A stretch of DNA of 64,000 bases from Syntrophales bacterium (GTDB lineage Bacteria > Desulfobacterota > Syntrophia > Syntrophales > UBA4778): contig JAQTPK010000001.1 of NCBI GenBank assembly GCA_028712885.1, positions 40,302 to 104,301 of the forward strand, read 5' to 3'. Made by a program: the position numbers and the translations under genes. The notes beneath the pieces were generated by a model that ran no database searches, was not told where the DNA came from, and saw nothing but the letters and a program-made list of their open reading frames with translations. This document shows, piece after piece, positions 55,101 to 61,714 of the stretch (positions are counted from its first letter, which is position 1; the number at the start of each line of letters is the position of its first letter).

Positions 55101-55602
55101 TGGAGGGGTCCGATCCGGTATTGAGGGCGTTTATCTTGTCCCGGATATTGGTCAGCGTATCGGTGGAAACGACCTCGATCGCTCTGCCGGAAATGATGAT
55201 GTCGCCCGAGAGGGAAAGCGCCGTCTCCTTTGCGCTGTAGCTTTTAGAGGAAATTTTTTCCGACTGGGCCGTCCTGTTCACCTTTATGGAATAGGTCCCG
55301 GAAGATGCGGAGGCGCTGGTGGAAACAGTGAACAGGTCGTCCGGGTCGGTACTCGTATTGGATGTAGTAGTCGCCGCGAACACGTTGAACGCATCTACAT
55401 CGGCCAGGGCCGCAGAGGCGGTTTTCAGCGAAAGAAGCATGGTATTCACGCTCTGCCATTCCGTCAGCTTGCTCTTGTATTCACCCTGCCGGTCCTTTAA
55501 AAGGTCGACCTTCTTCTGGTCGATGGCGATGAGCTGGTCGACAACGCTTCTCCAGTCGAAGCCGCTCACTAAACCGCTGATCATGCTCGTGCTGCTGGAC
55601 AT
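52180..55602 (-). CDS. fliD: flagellar filament cap protein FliD, unusually large (1140 aa)
   Basis: FliD N-terminus ISGLVSGFDWRSVVDQLIAIDQKKV and C-terminus ERYEDQIELLEATLARKQEQMINRFVAMELALSKIQ. Start set at MSSSTS, which has a GAGAGGAAG ribosome-binding site. Confidence 0.92.
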   Translation of the reverse strand: MSSSTSMISGLVSGFDWRSVVDQLIAIDQKKVDLLKDRQGEYKSKLTEWQSVNTMLLSLKTASAALADVDAFNVFAATTTSNTSTDPDDLFTVSTSASASSGTYSIKVNRTAQSEKISSKSYSAKETALSLSGDIIISGRAIEVVSTDTLTNIRDKINALNTGSDPSNVTASIVQHSSTDYHLVLTSDETGVDGIEILEGSSAGVLQSMGFIASTVQIKTVTSDGAMSSAFSNSSTEVGTLLGLTSAPGATSVTIGGNSVSISLADDSITDIAAKIDALAGISASVVSEVIGGETKYRIDVSGTTSFTDNGNVLQILGVLEGTYGEINEMHTGDVQRVLGTGAAITAASTFADLFTGALRGATQNMQTTAAGGGYISSTTQWNLINTGGDANDIDIGDSIRVQGTTHSGAAVDATYNIADNTEQLSNFLSWVETQYGGATAVDAYLDSTGRLIVQDLATGASQLSVGPLTCTGTALSFGSFGNNISNSDTVSISGTRYNAAGAYETFSSIYTITTTDQISNLLAEIETQYNKHATDHHVSAYVSDGTDGNTAGQIVLKDLTAGDSQLALSLIANNQGGGTLNFGAISQTTEGRDMQITAGQDAEIVVDGVTMQKSSNSIDDVIAGVTLNLTGASSSTTVTLNVSRNLSSIKSKITTMTSSFNTLMTYINKQFSYDEKTSKTGGILFGDGTLYTVKSELIDAVTSTVTGVSEGYNRLPLIGISLNDDVNLTVDDEDLTDALETNFNDVKKLFIALGSSANSQFQYVGHTENTEGGTYSTVISTAATRSTVTGANSLAGTLGADETLTIEDLNALTTGAVTLTAGMDIDDVVNAINSEMEKTYTEQLQGSNNTGFTAATLFSDIAGAENGDVISFTGTKRNGLAVSGSYTVGTSQNLGALLSEIEDTFDNEVTASMSGGKIVITDKQSGASQLTLNIDSSSVSGLDFGVVGVFTSGRNAMRITASKTAENKVLLTHNSYGTGHMIGVSESGGAVLGLTNAAATKVWGMDVAGKINGIDATGKGQVLTLSSSGNNADGLSILYTGTTAQTADFTLTLGIADILDRQLGFITDSTDGYVAFKQTSLDGSIERYEDQIELLEATLARKQEQMINRFVAMELALSKIQNQSNWLASQINAAQNMWE

Positions 55603-55624
55603 AAGCTTCCTCTCTTGAAGATAA

Positions 55625-55652
55625 TTATCGGAAAAATTTGCCCGGTTCTTTA
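55625..55652 (-). promoter_or_regulatory. sigma-28 promoter candidate, fliD-fliS operon
   Basis: Coding strand reads TAAAGAACCGGGCAAATTTTTCCGATAA (TAAA-N16-TCCGATAA), 22 nt upstream of the fliD ATG. Confidence 0.65.
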
Positions 55653-55765
55653 CCTCCGGAAGACTAAAAAGCAAAATCCCTGCCATATATAAATATTTAT
55701 TATTATTGCAGAAAAAAAGAAATAGGGGCTGGGTGTTTCATCGGTTTCAAGAGGTTCACGGCTTG

Positions 55766-55885
55766 GATAGACATATGACATTGGACATTAGACGTAAGGC
55801 GCCGGGGGCGGATATGATGCGGGAGGAATTTGCTGAAGTGGAAGATTTCTTGATCCAATGTCTAAGGTCTGAAGTCTAACGTCTC
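55766..55885. repeat. heptamer-array palindrome (GACATNN family), between the fliC terminator and the fliD promoter
   Basis: GACATAT GACATTG GACATTA GACGT faces CAATGTC TAAGGTC TGAAGTC TAACGTC, with a spacer of about 55 nt. Confidence 0.7.
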
Positions 55886-55894
55886 TTTCAGCAT

Positions 55895-55922
55895 AAAAAA
55901 CCCGCGCCCTTGCGGGCGCGGG
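55895..55922 (-). terminator. Rho-independent terminator of fliC
   Basis: Minus-strand RNA reads CCCGCGCCC-GCAA-GGGCGCGGG followed by U6. The stem is a perfect 9 bp, 33 nt after the fliC stop. Confidence 0.85.
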
Positions 55923-55955
55923 GCTGAAGTTGGTATGTAAGTAGACGGGCTGCTG

Positions 55956-57416
55956 TTACCGGCCGAGCAGCGTAAGTATAAGCTGCGGGGCCTGGTTCGC
56001 CTGGGCGAGCATTGCGGTGCCGGCCTGGACGAGTATCTGGTTCTTGGTGAACGTGGTCATTTCGTCCGCCATATCGACGTCGCGGATGACCGATTCGGCC
56101 GCCTGCGTGTTCTCGATCGTGGTGGCGAGGTTAGCGGCGGCGTAGGAGAGCCGGTTCATCGAGGCGCCGATCGTGCCTCTGGCGCTGGCCAGAGTGCTGA
56201 TAGCCGCGTCCACGGTATCGAGCATGCTCTGGGCATCTGCTGCAGTATCGAGATAATCGAACTCCAGACTGAGGCCCGCAGCAACCGAACCCTTAACGTT
56301 GCCGATGGCGAGCGATATCCTGTTATTGTCGTTGTTTTCCGCACCGATCTGGAAAGTCGATCCGCTGGAGCCCGTGTCGCTGACAACAAAGCTGACCGCT
56401 TCGAGATCGTTTTCCGTGTAGACGGCGCCGAGCGAGAATGTGACGTTGAGGAGATCGAAATTGACTTCCTGGGCCGTCCCCGGGTTGATGTTGCTGATGG
56501 TCTGTTTCGCGCCTGTAGCCGTATTGACCAGGGTGAGCGCTCCGGTTCCGGCGCCCGTAGAGAACTCGTATGAGCCGGTAGCCGCGCCGGTCACGTTAAG
56601 GTTCGTGACGCCCGTATCCCTGACGGTCAATGTCGCGCCGCACCAGGACGCGCTGACGGCGCCGGTCAGCGCCACTGTGAACGTCAGGCCCAGATTGGCG
56701 AATCTGACTGTCTGGCTGGCAGTGGTCGCGAAAGAGATGCACGCGATGTCGCTCATGGTGCCGTTGTATATCTTCAGCTGTCCGGCTGCGGCACCATCTG
56801 CGCTGAACGTGTACGCCCCGGAAACCTGGGTTGCAGCCAGCGAGGTGATCGTGAATCCCGATCCGGAAATACCGGTGGACTGACCTACGACCACTGTATA
56901 TACATATTTCATGTCCCCGTAAACTCCGGCCATTGAGGCGGAGAAAGTCGCTCCTGAAAACTGGTACGTCCCCGCCGTCTTCGAGGCGCCGAAGGTGCCG
57001 TCGAGCAGGGCGGTGCTGCCGTACTTCGTCGAGTTCGCGATCCGGTCGATTTCGGAGATCAGCGCGTTTCCTTCCGCGTTGATCTTCGCACGCTCGTTTA
57101 CGCCGACGTTCGCCGAAGCGGCCTGCGTGGCCAGCTCTTTCAGACGGGTGAGCATGTTCTCGATCTGCTCCATACCGCCTTCGGCGACCTGCAGCAGAGC
57201 GTTCGCTTCCGAAGTGTTGCGGGACGCGACCTTGAAGCTCGCGATATCCGCACGGAAGCCCGATGAAATAGAGAGTCCCGCCGCGTCGTCAGCCGCTCGG
57301 TTTATCCGGTAACCGGACGAGAGCCTTTCCAACGATTTCGACATGCCCGCGTCTGAAAGCTGCAACTGCTTGTGGGCGTTCATCGCGGCGATGTTATTCT
57401 GAATACGAAGTCCCAT
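55956..57416 (-). CDS. fliC: flagellin
   Basis: N-terminus MGLRIQNNIAAMNAHKQLQ..LERLSSGYRINRAADDAAGL and C-terminus DMADEMTTFTKNQILVQAGTAMLAQANQAPQLILTLL. Confidence 0.97.
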   Translation of the reverse strand: MGLRIQNNIAAMNAHKQLQLSDAGMSKSLERLSSGYRINRAADDAAGLSISSGFRADIASFKVASRNTSEANALLQVAEGGMEQIENMLTRLKELATQAASANVGVNERAKINAEGNALISEIDRIANSTKYGSTALLDGTFGASKTAGTYQFSGATFSASMAGVYGDMKYVYTVVVGQSTGISGSGFTITSLAATQVSGAYTFSADGAAAGQLKIYNGTMSDIACISFATTASQTVRFANLGLTFTVALTGAVSASWCGATLTVRDTGVTNLNVTGAATGSYEFSTGAGTGALTLVNTATGAKQTISNINPGTAQEVNFDLLNVTFSLGAVYTENDLEAVSFVVSDTGSSGSTFQIGAENNDNNRISLAIGNVKGSVAAGLSLEFDYLDTAADAQSMLDTVDAAISTLASARGTIGASMNRLSYAAANLATTIENTQAAESVIRDVDMADEMTTFTKNQILVQAGTAMLAQANQAPQLILTLLGR

Positions 57417-57553
57417 GGTGTAATCCTCCTTGATATTGTGTTCCGCTTTTTGCGGGTTTCAGGCTTCCATGCCTTGTGCAACCAAAAACCTCACGTTAGC
57501 TTCGCGTTTATGTTCACCTCCTTCCCGCTGATTTCGTTGGCGTTTTTGGTTTG
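57417..57553 (-). promoter_or_regulatory. fliC 5' leader with a 5'-terminal long-range stem and repeated GGA/AAGGAGG motifs (candidate CsrA sites)
   Basis: AAGGAGG occurs twice, at 57517-57523 and at the SD 57425-57431. AUGGAA sits in a 3-bp hairpin loop at 57462-57473. The stem pairs CAAACCAAAAAC (57542-57553) with GGTTTTTGGTTG (57479-57490). Confidence 0.5.
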
Positions 57554-57559
57554 ACTATA

Positions 57560-57587
57560 TTATCGGGCAGGGGGGAGAGGAACTTTA
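57560..57587 (-). promoter_or_regulatory. sigma-28 promoter candidate, fliC
   Basis: Coding strand reads TAAAGTTCCTCTCCCCCCTGCCCGATAA (TAAA-N16-CCCGATAA), about 145 nt upstream of the fliC ATG. Confidence 0.7.
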
Positions 57588-57640
57588 GCTCAAGGCAATA
57601 TCGGAAAAGATTGTCCCATGAAAAAAGCAAGGAATTCTTT

Positions 57641-59185
57641 TTACCGAAGTTCGTTCTGAACCGGGGATGCAATCTCTTGGAGGAAGGGATCCAGCCTGTA
57701 CTGGAGTATATCCTTCAATGACACCAGATCCCGGGATTGCATGGCGGCGGTTGCGCTGCCTATATACGGCAGAATGCTCTCGAAAGCGTTTCTGATGTCC
57801 GGGGCGGTGTCCGGCGCCTGCAGGCATCCGGCGAGACAAATGAGATCGTCGATGTAGGAAGAGAATTCAGAGAAAAACGCGTCGCTGTGGGCCAGATAAA
57901 ATGACCGGATCATATCCTTTTTCTTTTTTTGGAGATTCGCGGCGATTTCCCCGACCGTATTTCCGGGAACAACTTCGGGTCTCCGCAGAGCGTTTCCAGG
58001 CCGGGCGGACCGATCGGGGAAAGGAATGAGCTCCTGTCCCGTTCCCTCCCTCACTGCGGTTATATACAGATCCACGTCTTCTCCAAGCCCGGCGGAGCGA
58101 GCAGTCCCCCCGGCGGAAATGGCTTCCTGGATTTCAAAGGCCCGCCAGACGTGATCCGGTTTTATCGCGGAACGGCATTTCTGTCCCGAGCCGCATTTTT
58201 CCGGCTCCCGGCAGGGGGCGCATTGATTCCGGGAATAAAGGATAAGATGGCCGTCTCCGTACGGTCCCGTTTCCCAGGGATAGGCGGTCCCGTAAAATAT
58301 GGCTATAACGCGTGTCCCAACGGCGGCGGCCATGTGCATCGTCCCCGTGTCGCCGGTAATCAGAACGCGGCACCACTCCAGGACCCCCCGCAGGGTCTTG
58401 AGCGGCGTTCGGCCCGCCAGATTGACGATCCGCCCCTGCGGCAGGGACGGGTCGCCCAGGATCGAATCCGCGGCTTCCTTTTCCTCTCCGGTCCCCAGCA
58501 GGACGATCCGGTAATTCGTCCTTTCCAGTATTGTCCTTATCACCTTCCTGTAGTTTTCCGTTCCCCACTGCCGGAAAGACCTTCCGGCGCCCATCTGCAC
58601 AGCGGCAATCGGCGCCGATCTCTCCGACTCCGCGATCAGTTCTTCCGCCCGGATCCGGTCGGCTTCCGTAACGGGAAGATTCATCGGCGCGCAGCCCGGC
58701 GCAAGTCCCGCGATCAGCAGCGACCAGTCAGCGAGGTTCATCCTGTTTCCTTTTCTGTCGCTCTTGACATTCTGATAGAGTTCCCGGGAAGCGCTGTCCT
58801 CCATGACAAATGACCGCTCCGGAGAATATGATCCTCCCCGGACCGCGCGGGCTCCGGCCAGGAAAGAAATGAGGGAGCCGACTTCATACTGGCGGTTTAT
58901 AACCAGGTCGAATTTCCTCCTTCCGAGCAGGCGGCAGAAATCGTACATTTCATTATAAACGCAAGGGAAGCGGTCGGGGCGATCAGCCAGCAGGTACCGA
59001 TATTCCCTCTCAGGAATAGCAAGGAGCTCGTCAATGCCGGGATGATCGTCCAGGATCCCGGCGAAATTGTCGCCGGTGATCCAGGTTATTTCCGCACCGG
59101 AATATTTTTTCTTGAGTCCCGGCAGGAGCGGCGTGAGCTGGAGAATATCTCCCAGGCGGTGGGTGCGGATAATGAGAATTTTCAT
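57641..59185 (-). CDS. GT9-family (heptosyltransferase-like) glycosyltransferase with a C-terminal extension of about 170 aa
   Basis: N-terminus MKILIIRTHRLGDILQLTPLLPGLKKKYSGAEITW and motif ITGDTGTMHMAAAVG. Confidence 0.8.
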   Translation of the reverse strand: MKILIIRTHRLGDILQLTPLLPGLKKKYSGAEITWITGDNFAGILDDHPGIDELLAIPEREYRYLLADRPDRFPCVYNEMYDFCRLLGRRKFDLVINRQYEVGSLISFLAGARAVRGGSYSPERSFVMEDSASRELYQNVKSDRKGNRMNLADWSLLIAGLAPGCAPMNLPVTEADRIRAEELIAESERSAPIAAVQMGAGRSFRQWGTENYRKVIRTILERTNYRIVLLGTGEEKEAADSILGDPSLPQGRIVNLAGRTPLKTLRGVLEWCRVLITGDTGTMHMAAAVGTRVIAIFYGTAYPWETGPYGDGHLILYSRNQCAPCREPEKCGSGQKCRSAIKPDHVWRAFEIQEAISAGGTARSAGLGEDVDLYITAVREGTGQELIPFPDRSARPGNALRRPEVVPGNTVGEIAANLQKKKKDMIRSFYLAHSDAFFSEFSSYIDDLICLAGCLQAPDTAPDIRNAFESILPYIGSATAAMQSRDLVSLKDILQYRLDPFLQEIASPVQNELR

Positions 59186-59784
59186 TTACGTATTTCGTCC
59201 AGGAGGATCTTTACCGTTTCCGAAAAATCGTCTTTTGCCGAGATCCGCAATTCGAAAAGACGCATATGACATGTATCGAGAATGCGGCGGAAGAATTCCC
59301 GGTGGGCGTTAAAGGCGGGGAGGAAGGCGCATATGGAGAAGGGGCCGGCCATTCGCGATATCCTCTTCTCAATTGGTTCCGGGTCCGGGCCGATCAGGAA
59401 TTCAATGCCGGGGCGGATCAGATCGGAAAAATCATCGCCCGCGAGGGCAAGGCGGAACAGGCTTGCATCTTCCACGACCAGGATCGAATCCCAATCTGTA
59501 TTTTCTGCAAGCTCTCGGAGGGGGTAGCCCAGGCCCATTCCGAGCAGGATAATCATTTTTTCCGGGATATCCTGGCACGCCAGCCATTCCGCGGCTTCCC
59601 GCCGCGGGTCCATGGAGCTGTGGATGAGATAAAATCCTTCCGGCAGGTTTCTTCCGGCTGTCAGATCCCCGGATGGGGAATGGACAAGCTCCCAGCCGGC
59701 TTCCGGAGGCGGCGGGGTCAACCGGTCCGCCAGGTCCGGGTCCTTCCGGCGCAATTTATTGATGTTCGTTTCAAGCTGCGCCAT
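59182..59784 (-). CDS. hypothetical protein paralogous to the N-terminal region of the adjacent Maf-like protein
   Basis: The segment LGMGLGYPL..ILVVEDASLFRLALAGDDFSDLIRPGIEFLIGPDP matches Maf MGFGLGYHL..IIVFEENLNLFHLALRIIDLTEVLAHPHIHFFVGPDP. Overlaps both neighbouring genes. Confidence 0.65.
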   Translation of the reverse strand: MAQLETNINKLRRKDPDLADRLTPPPPEAGWELVHSPSGDLTAGRNLPEGFYLIHSSMDPRREAAEWLACQDIPEKMIILLGMGLGYPLRELAENTDWDSILVVEDASLFRLALAGDDFSDLIRPGIEFLIGPDPEPIEKRISRMAGPFSICAFLPAFNAHREFFRRILDTCHMRLFELRISAKDDFSETVKILLDEIRK

Positions 59785-61696
59785 CCAGGGCCGCCAGCTC
59801 CTTTACCAGAAGGTTTTCCGTTTTCTCCATCGAATCCAGCGTGGATAAATACATCTGGCCCACCACGCCGAGCCAGTCCTTGATCATGAGCACCTGGGCT
59901 GCGCGCAGGCATTCCTCATCCGGATATATCTCCGGAAGGGTGTTGAATCTGTTGTTGAACCATAGGGAATAAGCCTGCAGAGTATGCCACATGGCGTCCG
60001 ATACGTTCTCGTCTTTTATGTATCTGTCCATCAGGCCGATAAAATCCACGATGAGCGACTCCGCCGCCTTTTTATCCATTGCCCCGTTCCCCTGCAGAAA
60101 GGGGTGGACGGAGTTTTTTTCGAGAAGCCTTGTCCTGGCGAGCATTGTCTTGAATTCCCCGATCATGTTCCTGATACCCGAGGCGGTGAGGCGGGTTTTA
60201 TCCAGCAGCAGGGAATAATCGCGCTGCGGATCGGCGTTTCCCTGGAATCCGGAAATCGCATCCTCGATCATGGACACGGGATCGAATTCCTGCGTGCAGT
60301 ACCTGTCTATGGCCGCCCTGAGCGGCATCACTTCCGCACCGCGTATCTTTGCTCCTCCTTCCGTGGCATTGATGCAGGTGCCGGAGAGATTCCGGAGGTC
60401 CTCTTCGAAAGCGACGCGAAAAGAATCCCAGGGAATGCAGGTTTTAATCGGGGATCCGTCGTTTCCTTCCACCTCGAGGACGTCCTTGTGATAGAAATCG
60501 TCCTTCTCTCCAAAAGGCATGTCTTTCGCATGGGTGTTTCCGTCCGGGGCGAACGCGAGGTCCTGACCGATCAGTATGATCGGGTCGCACCCGAGGACCT
60601 CCGAAACCTTGTATGCCATGTTTCCAACGGAGGGGCCTATCGTCAGTTCGCCCCTGGAAATGCCGAGCCACAGAAAATGGGAAAACCTGCGATGCACGAT
60701 AATTTTTTTTCCTTTGAAATAATCGAAGGTCCGGGGCCTGACCAGGGGGCAGATGGCGTAATAGATCCCGTCGAAATCGGAAATGCCCCGGTAGAAGTGT
60801 TCCGTTCCGTCCGTCCGCTCGAACCCGACGACGATATGGGGGCGGATCCCTCTGTTCATCAATGGGAGGAAACTCGCGTCGCAGCAAACGATCAGCGCCC
60901 TGTTCGAGATCTCCTTGAGCAGGTGTATGTTCTTGTTCAGTGAAGGTCCGGCCGCCACGGATACGGCGGGCCTTCCCTTGAAACGGTCGAACAGGAGGTC
61001 TATTCCCGGATTGTTCACAATCTTGGGGATGTTCATGAGGATGTTGTCCAGGCCGAGGAGGGAATCCAGAGGATCGTTTCCCGTCATCATGGCCATCTGC
61101 CGGCAGGCCCGTCGCATGACATACATGGCTTTCCGGTAAAAGTCCGGATTCAGCGACACGCCGGAGGGAACGGGAATGACCTTCACGGATCGCATGAAAT
61201 TGACAGCTTCGTTCTCCACCAGGACCTCCGCCCGGATCGGCGCGAGGGCGGCTCCCGGATCGGGTCCCACGAAGAAATGAATATGCGGATGGGCCAGGAC
61301 TTCCGTCAGATCTATTATTCGCAGCGCCAGATGGAAGAGATTGAGGTTTTCCTCAAAAACGATTATCTTCCTGGTCTGGAGCCGGTTGGCGAAGAGCCGG
61401 ACGAAAGCGAGCAGGTGGTAGCCGAGTCCGAAACCCATGAACACGGTGATGTTGGCGAATGTCATCTTAAGGTTTTCCAGGTAATCCCGGCAGTAAGCCA
61501 ATGGGTCGCCGTATTCGTAATAAAGAATGAACGAGGAGCCGGAAGGAACGAGCAGATTAGGCCCTTTTCCTCCTTCGCTCAGAACGACCTTGAATTTTGA
61601 TTGATCCAGCTCGCGCATCCTGATCGATTTCGCCAATTCAGGGAATCTCTTTGACAGGGCCGCTAAATTATTTTCATATATGGCTGATGAATCCAT
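59771..61696 (-). CDS. Maf-like (motility accessory factor, MptE/DUF115-like) putative flagellin glycosyltransferase
   Basis: N-terminus YENNLAALSKRFPEL. Central block RPAVSVAAGPSLNKNIHLLKE..ALIVCCDAS, typical of Maf/DUF115 proteins. Located beside fliC. Confidence 0.75.
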   Translation of the reverse strand: MDSSAIYENNLAALSKRFPELAKSIRMRELDQSKFKVVLSEGGKGPNLLVPSGSSFILYYEYGDPLAYCRDYLENLKMTFANITVFMGFGLGYHLLAFVRLFANRLQTRKIIVFEENLNLFHLALRIIDLTEVLAHPHIHFFVGPDPGAALAPIRAEVLVENEAVNFMRSVKVIPVPSGVSLNPDFYRKAMYVMRRACRQMAMMTGNDPLDSLLGLDNILMNIPKIVNNPGIDLLFDRFKGRPAVSVAAGPSLNKNIHLLKEISNRALIVCCDASFLPLMNRGIRPHIVVGFERTDGTEHFYRGISDFDGIYYAICPLVRPRTFDYFKGKKIIVHRRFSHFLWLGISRGELTIGPSVGNMAYKVSEVLGCDPIILIGQDLAFAPDGNTHAKDMPFGEKDDFYHKDVLEVEGNDGSPIKTCIPWDSFRVAFEEDLRNLSGTCINATEGGAKIRGAEVMPLRAAIDRYCTQEFDPVSMIEDAISGFQGNADPQRDYSLLLDKTRLTASGIRNMIGEFKTMLARTRLLEKNSVHPFLQGNGAMDKKAAESLIVDFIGLMDRYIKDENVSDAMWHTLQAYSLWFNNRFNTLPEIYPDEECLRAAQVLMIKDWLGVVGQMYLSTLDSMEKTENLLVKELAALDGAA

Positions 61697-61714
61697 TTCC
61701 TCTCCTCAGGTACA

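Noticed and set aside
893-55500. Very long ORFs antisense to recognised genes. Examples are 893-2215(+), 2843-3850(-), 8006-9679(-), 12427-13842(-), 14722-15957(-), 42092-43189(-), 46819-48213(-), 53989-55500(+) and 59984-60943(+).
   Set aside because: Each lies fully opposite a gene with strong family motifs. Their translations are Arg/Gly/Pro/His-rich low-complexity strings with no motifs. Stop-poor antisense frames are expected at this GC content and codon bias.
4459-55686. N-terminal extensions in the ORF track: 2810, 4459, 6624, 11213, 13925, 18217, 23811, 35686, 36014, 50786 and 55686.
   Set aside because: The extensions overlap the upstream gene or repeat elements and lack ribosome-binding sites. 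Internal starts give canonical N-termini (signal peptides, the MotB TM helix, the FliD ISGLVSG motif) with better SD context. The chosen starts remain estimates.
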